Assembly: GCA_964252035.1 (NCBI GenBank)
Contig: OZ176212.1
Origin: Podarcis erhardii
Taxonomy: Eukaryota
Length of the DNA stretch: 64,000 nucleotides
Direction: 5' to 3' (one strand)
How positions within the stretch are numbered: the first letter of the stretch is position 1; each line of letters opens with the position of its first letter. The notes under the pieces are model-generated. The model had not been told where the DNA came from. It made no database searches and saw only the letters and a list, made by a program, of their open reading frames with translations. Below are positions 25,041-37,097 of this stretch, piece after piece. The position numbers and the translations under genes were made by a program.

Positions 25041-26369
25041 CGTCAAACAACCCCAGCGGAGGGGCAGGAGCATCACTCCCTTTTACGCTTGCAGTGGGAC
25101 CAGCTTACCATCCCTCGCCGTGACAGGGTTAGCCACTCCACTTGCACAGCTCTTGCTTGATGCGATCACCCCACCTTCCCACAAATGTATAGGATGATGG
25201 GAGTATGTCCTGCTCCTCCCGGCTCCCTCCTGCATTCCCATGATGCTTTGCACTTAGGAGAAGATTGGCTGGTAGGGCGGAATATTGACTTCGCCTGAAA
25301 AGGAGGGATTGGATCGGCCATTTTGAGGGCAGCTAAATAGACCTTCGTTTCCAGCTTTTTGGTTCTGTGCTTCAAAACTTGCTCTATATTTGGGTGGGGC
25401 AGGACAAAATTCAGCCACAAAAGAAGTACCTTTTTGTTTCCCAAAAGTGCAGGGGAGTATTGCTCTTGAGTTAGGAGGCCATATCATTCCCCAAATTCCC
25501 AAGTATATCTAGGCCTGGGCAGTGAATGAATTGGCCAGTTGGTGGCCATTTTATTTGGATTATACATTTGAAAATGACTATCCTAGGTTCTTGGGAAAGA
25601 AGCCCCATTGAGGCTTGAGGTCTGTGTGCAGTATTATCCATTTTAAGATTATCTCTGGCTGTAAATTTCTGCATCTACTTTTAGCCGATGGTCCATGTTG
25701 CTTAGACATGCTTGGCCGTAAACAGCCATTTGGATCCTGCTCCCAGATTCTCTCTTCTTCTCACAATGCTTTGCTTGTGAGAGCATCTGCATTCCTTTTT
25801 CTGCTGTTGTTGGCTGTTTTTGCTACATGGAGCTGTAGGCTTCTAAATACCCTGGAGGAGCACAGGGCATAGAAGAGCCATTTTGTAGCATTGCTATTGA
25901 ACATTACCTTGGCCCGCTGTTTCTTCACACAACTTTCCCCACCTTCTTTGCACGCAATTTCGGACTGACCATAGTTGAGATTGGCTGTTCATTCCCCCTC
26001 AATCATGCATGTGCAATTTTGAAAGAGTGCAGTAGAATTCGAATGTGAGGCATTGGGCAGTTTAGCAGCCATCTTGCCCAGTCTGGCTTCTCTGTCCTTT
26101 CTTCCTCTGAAGGCAGGGCAATTATTTGTGGGTTTCTCCCCCTATTTCTGAGCTCTTGGTAGTTCCCTGAGATATTCTGGGTCCTGTCCTTGCACACCTG
26201 TCTTCCTCTTTTCCCTTTCCTCAATCATTTGTGCATGAACATAAGTTGCCATATCACACCATAGTTCTGTTTTCCTCCATGTGATTTTTGTTGTTGTTGT
26301 TATCAGTGATGGCTAGGTTTACAGTGACATGGTAGCCATCCTAGCCACTCCTAAGACTAAGTAGGGCCT

Positions 26370-26478
26370 TTGGCCCTCCAGATGTTGCTGAACTGCAACT
26401 CCCATCAGCCCCAGCAAGCATGGCCTGGGATTATGAGAGTTGAAGTTCAGCATCATCTAGAGGGCTAAAGGTTCCCGA
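26370..26478. mobile_element. hAT-type MITE remnant in CDIPT 3' UTR region
   Basis: cctttggccctccagatgttgctgaactgcaactccc ... gagttgaagttcagcatcatctagagggctaaagg, inverted arms of the same family as 9713. Confidence 0.65.
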
Positions 26479-26983
26479 CATCCACTTTAAAGCTTCCTTC
26501 TCTCAGCTCCCCACAAAAGCCAGTTCTTCTTTTGACAAGAGGAGATAGAGGTGACTGATGAAGGGGACTGTGGAGATGGGATTTGGCGGCCATCTTAGAA
26601 AAACCACATTAAGGACCTGAAGTGACACTAAGGACTTGGCAGCTGTATTGGAGCAAACCAACTTCAGGAAACCTGCCCCATGTCTTCATATATTGAGCCA
26701 AACTAGATTATTATTTGCTAGAAACTTCCCTCATCCAAATGGTGTGGTGCAGGCAGAGGGACGCACAGGTGCTGAGGGTAATTATTGCTTCTGTGGATTG
26801 TTGCGCGCTGTCTCCTGCCGGATGGGGAGCAGTTGTTACCTTGCCATGTCCTCTCCTCTCCTTCGCAGCGTCACTGCCACACCCTCACAACCCCTAGTGG
26901 TGTGTAATTTGTATGTAGGTTTTTAAAAATTAAGACTTGGTGCAATAAGACACCCCCTCTCTCAACGGAGTGGGAGTTGCTGT

Positions 26984-26989
26984 AATAAA
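26984..26989 (+). terminator. Candidate CDIPT polyadenylation signal
   Basis: AATAAA followed by a GT/T-rich downstream element (gattgtgtgtgtttttaa). Confidence 0.6.
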
Positions 26990-27527
26990 GACAACTGTGT
27001 AACCATCTGATTGTGTGTGTTTTTAATTTGGTGGGAGGTTTTATATAAGGATCTTGAAGAATAACTGGATTGTTGGGGGCGGGTTGCTCAGCCACAGTTC
27101 CCAGCTCTGAATTTAACTGCATTCTGAAAGGGTTGAGAAAGTCAACATGGTCAAGTGCTCACAGTGCTCTGTATGCTTAGATTTGGTCCTGGATCCTAAT
27201 CTCACAGATGAGGTCGATCAAACTGCACAGTCTTGATTATGTGGGCAGTTTGAGTCTTTGGGAAGCAGGCAGGAGGCTCTAGGATGCTGCCAGAGTCTCG
27301 TGCCTCCTTACCTGGCTTTGGGAAGGCAATGCAAGGGCTTGTGGCAGGGTGTGTGTGTGTGTGCAAATGTTGCAGAGGGCCACCAGAAAATACACTGAGG
27401 GCTACGTGTTGGACCACCCTGAATTAAATTCAGTTTTCCTTGTGAGTTTTCTTGTTGGGTAGAGAATTGGCACAGACACAAAAGCTTTGCAGGAAACAGG
27501 GACAGACACGGTCTTCATGCATCTGAG

Positions 27528-27533
27528 TTTATT
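27528..27533 (-). terminator. Candidate distal PRRT2 polyadenylation signal
   Basis: Minus-strand AATAAA with a GT-rich downstream tract (gtgtctgtccctgtttcc...ttttgtgtctgtg). Confidence 0.5.
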
Positions 27534-30500
27534 TACTCGATTCATGCGTTGATACAAAAATCTGTAGCAGTTTATAATTTGACCTTCTCCCGCCCCACCC
27601 CACCCACCATTTCTTTATACAAACTGATAATAGGATTTGTAATATTTCTTGGAACTCCCCACCCCCCCCACAAAAAAACCAAAACAAAATTCTGAATCTT
27701 ATGAAAGGATTTGATTGGTCCCAGACTCAGGAAGACCCCACCCTTTCCTGTTTTTAATATAATGATTTTAATTAGCAGGCACAAATAATGCAGAACCGAG
27801 CAGAAAAATGAACAGGAACAAATAAGTTACAAAATAAGCAAATCTAGTGAATAAGAGTGCTTACCCATTTTTGCTCAACATTATGTTACGAGCGCTATAT
27901 GGAAAACAATGAACTGTGATTTGTTTTTTGGAATGATGGCATGATTGAAATCGGTTCTCCTGGCGTAAATAGACCTGCTTCCATATCTCCCCATCAGGAA
28001 AGATGGTGGAAATTTATATTTTCACTGAGACGGTGTTGCAGAGGGATAGGAAGTGTCAGGCTATGATGTTTCCTGTTCCCTCCTCAACGCCGCTACATAC
28101 GAAGGCACGCTTAGTGCTCCACGAAGTGAAAAACTAAACTACGTCTCAAAAACAGAGGGGGGGAGGAAATACAAAATAAAATCTCCCTCTTGTTCTTTCC
28201 CCCCAAAAAACCTCACCCTGCCCCGAATTGTATAATAGTAAAGCAAACTTCATTCTTCAGCATCCAAAATTTTGCCCCACCCCAAATATGAAAACATCTA
28301 TCAAGCATCATGTCAAAGATATAGGTTATGTGGTTTTTTCATTCAATTACGGATACGTGTAAATGTAAAACCCCTCTCCCCCAACAAACAGTCTCTCCTA
28401 TCATTCCATAGGCGCCTCCTCAAATTCTGCTTTTAACCCCCCTTCGTGCCCCACCCTCTCCTGTCCCCCAGGGTCTGGTGGTGGTTTAAAGCATGGTTTT
28501 GAGTGTAAAACAAGGCAACAGATTATTTTGTAGACCGGGGGTGGCTGGGTGGGAAGGGGCAACAGGTAAGGTAGCTTTGAGAGAAGATTGCTGCAATGGA
28601 ACCTCTCCTTTCAGATTGCACTGTGGACCCCAACTTTGATCTGAAGTCTCAGAGCAGCAGTCGATTCTACTTAGCAGGTCACTTGGAGATAGCTGCTACA
28701 GGATGGCGGTTGCAGGACAATAGTCCTTCTCCAAGTGGACTGTGGGCCAATCCACTGTCCTTCTTGCTAAAGAGAGGACTGGATACCTCCCTCTTGGCGG
28801 GCTGGCTATAACTAAGCAGGCCCCAGTTACTGATCCCTGTGCGAAGTTCTAATTCTTCCCTCACTGTTATTTGCAATCCATCCCAAAACAATTCCTTGTT
28901 CCTGACCCTGTCCTGTTTGAGATTTGGGTTTCCTGAATCCCGCTGAACCCACCACTCCTTCCATTTTGGTCCCGCTGGTATTCCATCTCCCACCAAACCG
29001 AACCCTATTTTCCCTCCTCTAAGAGACCGCCATTCACCTGCCAGCCCCCTCACCACTTTCCTGACCCCTTTCCCCCTCAAAGCCGTCCTTCCTATTGACT
29101 TTCACACCATAATACACTCTGAGCTCTCTCCTCCCTTCCAAGTTTCTGATTCACCCCTCAACTTTCCCTCCCCCCAAATATAAGCATATAAAAACATGCA
29201 GATTAGAATACTTGCATTTCAACATCAAAATACAACAGCTTTCCCCTGCCATCCCTTCCCACCTTAGAGAGTTACAGTCTCCAGGAAGCGGGAGAAAAAC
29301 AACAAAATTGCCCTGCCTTCTACGCCATGCACCCATCAAAGGGAGAGCAAAATTATTATTTTTCTGAGGGATAGTTGAGGGAAGGTCAGAGGTTAATAAT
29401 TCGTGCAGATGGGATTAACGGGGGGGGAGTTTAAGGTCACCCCCCTCACCCTAAATAAAGCCCTGTGACATCCTCCGAGCACAGATTTTAAAGGAGGAGG
29501 CCATTATACCACCCCTTCCCCCATATTCCCACCCTCCCTCCCCAGCCCCATTGAATAACAGTCTGAGAAAGAAAGCAAAAAATTAGTCACATTGTGCCGG
29601 GTGAAAATTCGTGTCTGACACACACACACAATTCTTTGCTGGTGCCCTTCCCCCACCCACCCCACCCACCAAGTTGTCTCTGTCCAGTAGCATACACAGT
29701 TGTCCATCAGGCCCTTTAAAAATAGTTGTTGATGTTGTTGTTGTTGTTTGGTATGGAGTGTGTGCTCTCTTGTGTATTCCTCCGTCAGTGAAGTACAGTT
29801 TGACTCTCCTCTACCGGCGCCCTTTCGTGTTCTGTTGCTCCGCTTTCCAGTGTGATCTTAACACTCTTCTTCAGCCTTAACACTCTTCTTCAGATAAGGC
29901 TCGCTCTTATCTGCTTCCCTTCGCAGGACACCCAACACACACACAGTTCCTCTTCCAGCGGATTTTAAACTGGCCTGGGTCATCATTTTCACATCCAGAG
30001 GGAGTTTGTAGCCTTCAGTGCTTCCTTCGCCCATCCCACACACTCTCTCGCACCACCAGCTGATCTCATATATTAGCCTTTCATTCTGCAATTCTGTGTA
30101 TATAACTTTCCCCATCCAGCAGTTTTTCAACTTGTTTTCAGGGGAGGGGGTGTGTCTTATCACACATATCTCTCAGTCTCTCTCTCACTCACACGTTTCT
30201 GCTTTGAACCTCTTTTCCTGGCCTTGGTGTTTTCTCACTCCTTAGTTCCTGCTCTGTTTCTTTTGTCACGAGTGTGCGATTGCTGACCTCCCCTATCCAT
30301 TCTGCATTTCAAAAATGGCCTCATGCCAGAACTGAGCAAACACATTCAGATTTCCTGGTGTGGCCAGCGAACCTAATGCCAAAGGGCTTAGCCTAAACAG
30401 CTTTCTATGCCCTCCTAATTGCCTCTTGTGTGTGCTCCAGTCTGCCCTGTTGCTGCCCTAAATCCATGCCAACTTGGGATAAAGGCAGGATAAGCAAACG

Positions 30501-32910
30501 TCTCAGCTGACTCCCACCCCAACCGGATACTTTCAGTTTCTCTTAATCTGTGTTTGGCCAAACTTCGCTTCCCCTTAAAAGCCACATATGCCAACATGAC
30601 AAACACCAAAATAGCTTAAAGACTAACCAATGTATTATGGCATAAATGTAGTTTGTGGGAGTTTATGCCATGACATTTGATGGCCTTTAAGGTGCCACAA
30701 GGCCCTTAGTCTTTTGCAGCAAAAGCAACAAAACAACTTTATTATTTATGGTGCTTTTTTCTTTTACCATGTTAAGGCGGGTTTGAGAAGAAACACAGGG
30801 AATGGCGGCTATGGATAAACAGGATGCCCTTTGGATAAGGGCATCATGAAAATCACACAAAAACCATGCACATGCCCATGGTGTATCAAATTCACTTCAA
30901 AATGCCATGTGTAGGCATCCCCGCTTCTCTGAAAATGTAAATACAACTGAGCATTGTCTCACCTTGAAGACTAATTTATTGCTCCATAAGCTTCTGTAGA
31001 CTAGAGTCTACCTTATCAGATGAATGGAGTATACATAATTGGGAGACAGGACAGGGTGGACAAAGATGAGCAAGATTGGAGGGAAATCTGCTGAACAAGA
31101 ACAGACTGTGACAGCTGTCAATTCCCAAATAAATGCATCATCAAAGCTGTGTTGATGGTAACACCTGCACCCTGGCATTGCTAAGCTACGTGTATTAATT
31201 GGCTTACCAAGGTCAGGATCCCGGTGTTATCATCAATACTACTTTGTCAACTAGTTTACCTACATTTTATGTCATTGTCACAATCTGAACTTTTTGCATT
31301 ATGTTTCGCTCTGACCTCACTCCTCACCCCACCATTTAGATGTGCCTGCAAACTCAGGTTACCACTTGATTCATCTGTACATGACAGCTTAAGCCACAAG
31401 ACACCATTGTTCTCTTAAGGGGCCACAGACCTCTTCTGTTGTATTTGCTGCAACAGACTAACAAGGCTACCCCTCTGGAAACGGCTAGACATCCTGCCTT
31501 TTTCTGCTTCCATTTAGACCCATGTTCTGCTTTCCTTTTCCCTGCTGAAGAACCCTATGCAACCCAGCACCCTGTGGCCCTGCTCTAATACCAGCAACTG
31601 GACTTCTAGAGGAAAAAGAGATACCTTGGCCCATGCTCTCTTTTTTTCTGAAAGGGGTGCCTACTAATACTGTTCTCTATCCTTCCCAGTTCATTCATTC
31701 CAGCAACTTTCTCATGTAAAAATGCAGCAAGCACCAGTTCTATTCTTTCATGACTGGTGGGTTTTTGTTCCCCCGTTGGCTCATTTGCCATTCTTCCAAC
31801 TTCTTGCCCTGCCCTTTTTCTTCTTCCTCCTCTTTTGTACTTGTGCCTTCATCTTGGAGAGTAGTGTCACCTCTCCCCCCCCATAAAACCCACCACCACT
31901 CTTACCAGTGTGTTCCCCTCTTTGCAAGGCCCTTGGCTCATTCTTTCTCCTCCATTGCCTCGTCCACAATTTCCACTTTCACGCTCCAACTTCCACCGGT
32001 CCCGTTTGTTAGAATCATTTTGCTCAGAGCGGTATTCCCTCGACATTGATTTTATTCATTTCTCCAGCCAATACCATAAATTTCACTGCCGTTCTCTTTC
32101 CTGTTGAGTGGCTGGGTGATGGATTCGGTTATACAAGCCAACCTCCACGCCTGTGTGTGTGTGTGCCACCAAATCCAGGCAGCTTTGGCCTCCTTGTTAG
32201 CAGACCTCCTCTGACGCAACAGTTAACTCACTACAACAAACTCCCACCTGCAAAACTCTGGTGGGCTCTTCGCTGCTTGTTCCTGCTTGCTGTCTTTGTA
32301 AACACGACGGATGAGAGCAGGAGACCTAAGAAGTATTTCCTCTCTTGCTGCTGCTGGTTCTCTTCATTTGTTCCCAGCAAACATGTAAACATGCTCCCCA
32401 CCTCCTTCCCAGGGGGGTGGGGAAAAAGAGCTTTTCTCCGGCAGGTTCTTGTAAACATGGAATATCGAAAGAGTTTTATTTGCTGTCGAAATTTGGCAGT
32501 GGATGGAAGATGGGCAGATGGGTCATTGGTTGAACAGATGACTGGATGGATGGAAGGAGAGTGAGAGAGAGTGCAGAGAGAGGGAGAAAATGGTGGAGAG
32601 GAAAGAGGAGATGGGAATACCTCCCCATCTAATATTTGTTTTCTTTCTCCTGTTTCGCCTTATTTTTGGTTAGCTAAAATCCCTAGAAGGATGGGACACA
32701 TGCAAGCATAACAAGACATTGTTTCTCTCAGTTTTGCTCTCTCGTGTCCCTCTCTCTTTCTCTCTCTCATCTCCGTTCTTGTGCTCCTGTTTTTGCATGG
32801 TTCAGAGATGGATGGGGACATGGGATGGATGTTCTGTACTCATGCTGGCTCCCAGCTCCAAAGATGAACGTTTCGGTGCTAGGGATGAAGTGGCAAGTTG
32901 AGTGCCGCCT

Positions 32911-35900
32911 TCACTGGAACACTGAGGGGTTCGGGCGGGGAAGGAGAGGGATTCAGGGGCAAGGCAGGTTGGGGTTGGGGGAGCGGAATAAGAACACAGG
33001 GAAGGAGAACAGAAGAAGGAGATTTTTACTACCTGGAAAGAAACACGAAGGGGAAAACATTTTCACACATGCCCCAATTCAACCTCCCCACACCTGGCTT
33101 CCACTAGAATCTGAAGCATGTGGGAACAGGTCATTGGGAAAGCAACATGGAGGCTAAGGAGGCAACGTCAGGGGAAGGTCTGATGGATGCACTTATTTTC
33201 TCCTTTTTTGTTTTTGGCTGCTTTAGGTATGCTGGCAGCAGGAAGCAGGGAAGTTAGGATGGGAAAGGGTTCTGAGGAGACATTGGTAGTTATGAAGATG
33301 GCCTGCTGCTTAGAATTAGGGCCAAGGTTGTGGCTGAAGGCCAAGGCCAACAGAACCTTACGAAAAGCACTGTGTAATGCGAGGGGAGGGGAGGCTGTAG
33401 CCATCCAAATGCCTTTGGGATTCCCATTTCCATCAGCCTGGGTCAAAGGTCAGGATTAGTGGGAGTTGTAACATCTGGAGAAAACATCTGGAGGACCACA
33501 GGTTCCCCATATCTGGGATAATGCGTAATAATTTTGGGGGGAAAGAAGCAATAGCTGTGCTCGGGAAGGGGGGTTGCTCTGAAGGGAGGACATGAAAAGC
33601 AGAGCATACAGCAAAAGGGATAAAACTGACCATTTCAAGAAGCTGCCATTTTCCCCAGAGGGTTAGGAAGAAAATGGAGGTGTTGGGGACAACTTTATGA
33701 GGAAAAGAAAAGCTCTTTTCTTTTGAGAAGGGAAGGCATGGAACTCGCCTCACTCCTCAGGTAACAGTGGTCCTGACTGCTCTCCTGAACTCTCAAAATA
33801 CTTTTGTAAGTGTACACAGCAGGATATGAAAGGGGTAGGAGAGGCAGTCTCTTTCTTTGATTTGGTTTCTACCCCTCCCCCTCAAAAAGACCCCACCTTT
33901 CACACTCTTCTGAGATTTGGCAACAAAATATTGTGGCATGGAGTGCTCCCTATATTCAGTGTTCCAGCCAGCCATGCCTCCTCCATCCCACGTCCACCCT
34001 TGTCTTTCCTTCCCAACAGATAATAATAATAATAATTTATTATTTATACCACACCCATCTGGGCGGCTTCCAACAAAATATTAAAATACAATAGTCTGTT
34101 AAACATTAAAAGCTTCCCTAAACAGACACTCAGCATTTCATGATTTCTGAGCATGCTTAGACCTTCCTGGGTTCCTTCAGGTTGGGGGCTCAATGGAGTT
34201 TTCTTCTATTCTCTCCCCCCTTCCCCAACATCATCTCCTGCAAAATTCCACAAACTTGCTGACCCCTCCCCCTTTTTCTCTCAGTAGCCCCATTTTGGCG
34301 ACAGAATTAACTTAGCACCTGCATTATGTATGTATATTATCTCTCCACTGATAAGCCTTTCTCTTAAGAAGGGCAACTGTTACAAAGATACCCAATTTGG
34401 AGCATTTTCCCCTTGCTTTAAGCAGCCCCCTCTATTCCACTGGCTCAGAGAGAGGTCACAATCTGATACAAACATATATTCTTGACTAGAAATTGCACCA
34501 TCTGTTAATTTATTTCATAAAATTTATACACCCCTTGACTATAAAGTAAAATTGGTTTAAAACAATACTTCTGTGACTAAGCGCTGAGTGCTGTGGCAGA
34601 TGCTGACTTTTTAAATGGCAATATTAAGGATTCTAAGAATAATATATTCTCCTCTGGCCTGATGGTGTCCCACAGGTTGCAGGTCCCCCTCAAAAGCACT
34701 CTGGCAATCAGGATCCAGCCGAAATACGCTGTCAGGTGGCATGTGTGCAAATGAGCCACCATTAGTGTTTCCATCCCTAGGCTCACTACGTCCCATAATG
34801 CTTTGCCAAACCCTTCTCTGGCCAAACTGATCACAAATGTTAGTTATTTCAAAACCCCCAAAATCCCTGGAATCCCATTCTGCTGGTTTCTTTGTACTGC
34901 AGCAGAAGACTGGGCAAGGGGGTTAGAGCTTAAAGGACAAAATGTTTGGACAAGAGTCCTCTCCACCCCCCTGGTTCTTGGGATACTCACCTCCGAAGTT
35001 GATGGCGCAAGATGCCACGATGATGAGCACCCCCCCGACCAACGCGACAATGCTCAGCAGCTTTGCTACCCGTCCCAGGCGCCGTGCGCCGTCAATGTCT
35101 CCCTGCTGGAAGCTGTTCCGGGACTGGCGAGGAATTACAAAAGAAAGGGGGGGAAAAGGAGCAAGGGTTTGGTGATTGTCCTGACATACAGCCTTTTGGT
35201 TAAAGGAAGAACAGGGAGAATTGAAAGAGAAAACTCTACACTTGCCTGCATTGTCAGAGGAAAATGGGCCCACACACAGGGGGCCCTCAGCATGGTGCCA
35301 CCAACACCCACCCACACCCAAGGCAGTGTGTGCTTCTGTTTCAGCTGCTATGGCAGCAGCAGCAGCAGCCCCTGCCTTCTGTAGATTTCATAGATCTATA
35401 GGCTGGGGCCACCATATTCATCAAGAAAGCAGGCAGTCACCACAGACGATACCACTAAAACAGCCATCCAGGGGGTCCATGGGGAGGTGAATGGCAGCAG
35501 AGCTGGGTCAGGCTGGTGAGGGGCCCTTCTGAACCCCTGGGGTCCTCACCCACTGCCTCACCTGGCTGGCTGCTAGGGAAAAGCCAGGGTTGTGGGGTGA
35601 GAGTCTTGCTGTGCTGTCCCAGGCTGGGTCCTCAGCACCTTCAACGAAAGGCATCTCTGGCAGCAGGTACGGGGAGGACCTTTGCCAAAGAGCCTGTCAA
35701 TCCACTGCCAGTTCAAGGGGACAGCAGCCAAGGGACTCATGGCCTGACCTGTCACGAGGGGGCTGCATCAGAGCATGGGTGTTTGGGAGAGGACCTAATG
35801 CTATGGCAAGAAGCCAAGAAGTTGAGATCCTTCTTGGCTGCTGCTTGGATAGAAGCAATCTCTGAGCTTCCTAACGGACAGACGAGACACAAGAAAACAG

Positions 35901-36410
35901 AATTTAAGCCTGTGATCCTATGCCCACCTGGAAGTAAACCTCGTGTAGCTCAACGGAACTTACTTTTGAGAAGACACGGAAAGGATTGCGCAGTGAGAGG
36001 CTTGTAGGGTGGTAACGTGTGCTCAAAATGGATTTGGGTGGATTGCGAATGGTCAGCTGGCATGAGCCGCCAAACCTATTTTGTTACATTTAGCGGGTTT
36101 TACCAAATAGACCTGAAGGAAACTTTCTAGTAGGTTGGTCGACTGTCAGAGAGGTGTCCCAGACCACCTTCTTGTGTGGGTAGATTTACCTGTGAGGAGG
36201 TGCTCCAGTCTGAGATTTTAAGCAGCAGACTGAACCACTTCCAAGTTAGTAGCCTTGTTCCTTGGCTGAGGAGGAGATTGACCCACAACCTCAAGGGGCA
36301 AACGAAAGAGAAAAGTGACAAGGAAGAGCTATTGTGGGGACAGCCTTGGTGCTGGTGGGTGTATCAAAGCAGCAGGTGGCTCTCCTAGTGTTCCAGGACG
36401 CACAAACCAA

Positions 36411-36458
<48 letters not shown>

Positions 36459-37097
36459 AGAGAGAGAGAGAGGCGCCACTCCCTTTTTTTCACTTACCAT
36501 GACAGAATACACAAAGGCGACGATGTTGATAGGCCAGATTGGGCAGAAACAGGAGAGGGCAGCAATGAATATGTAGTCTCTGGGTTTCTCCCCAGCTTCA
36601 CCAGCTGCTGATCCTGTTGCAGAGGCCTGCCGGCTCAGGCTGGCACGCGGAGACCCCGCGGATCCCGCTAACTGCACCTGAGACCCGGACAAACTGCCCC
36701 TCACGACAGCCCTTGGGCCGCCATTGATGCTGTTCTGAGGCTTCAGGTCATTCAACGACGCCGACTTGGAGCGGGCTGGGGGGCTAGTGGGTGGGGCCGG
36801 GGTGGTCCCTATCTCCTCAGCTGAGCCAGCCCTAATCCCTGGGGGGTCCCCATTCTCCTGCGGCTCCCCCACCGTCTCCTCCTCAATGGTCACCGTCACC
36901 ATCACAGGCGATGCGGGGGTCTCTGGGTCTTTGGGGCTCTTAGGTGGGGACTGCGGCTTGGGCTGCTCCTCAGGCTTCCTCTCCTCCTTCTCCTCCTGGG
37001 CATGATCCTCAGACTTCCCCTGCTCCTGCTTCTCCTCCTCCTTCCCTTGCTGCTCCTGTTCTGGGGGAGCCTCGTTCTTCTCAGCGTCGTCCGACAT
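32911..37097 (-). CDS. PRRT2: Proline-rich transmembrane protein 2 (dispanin/CD225 family), 247 aa
   Basis: Coding exons 36498-37097 (acceptor at 37110/37111, gccATG), 34991-35123 and 32911-32921 (G|TG TTC CAG TGA = VFQ*). CD225 domain [74 protein letters not shown]; position downstream of MAZ as in human. Confidence 0.95.
34019..34125 (-). mobile_element. L2-type 3' end with (TAA)n tail, internally deleted relative of the 21690 copy
   Basis: taataataat...tttataccacacccatctgggcggcttcc...aaaagcttccctaaacag. Confidence 0.7.
36413..36472. repeat. Compound (AC)20-(AG)n microsatellite in the intron after PRRT2's large coding exon
   Basis: Read directly from the sequence; the AG part ends ~25 nt from the donor at 36497. 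Confidence 0.95.

Noticed and set aside
29857-29894. 19-nt tandem duplication cttaacactcttcttcag(c/a)
   Set aside because: Two copies only; ordinary slippage, not an array. No CRISPR-like repeat-spacer structure anywhere, as expected for a vertebrate.
30823-30845. Perfect 9-bp hairpin GATGCCCTT-tggat-AAGGGCATC
   Set aside because: Lies in a 30.3-31.5 kb patch of degraded MITE/SINE-like sequence, where palindromes are expected.
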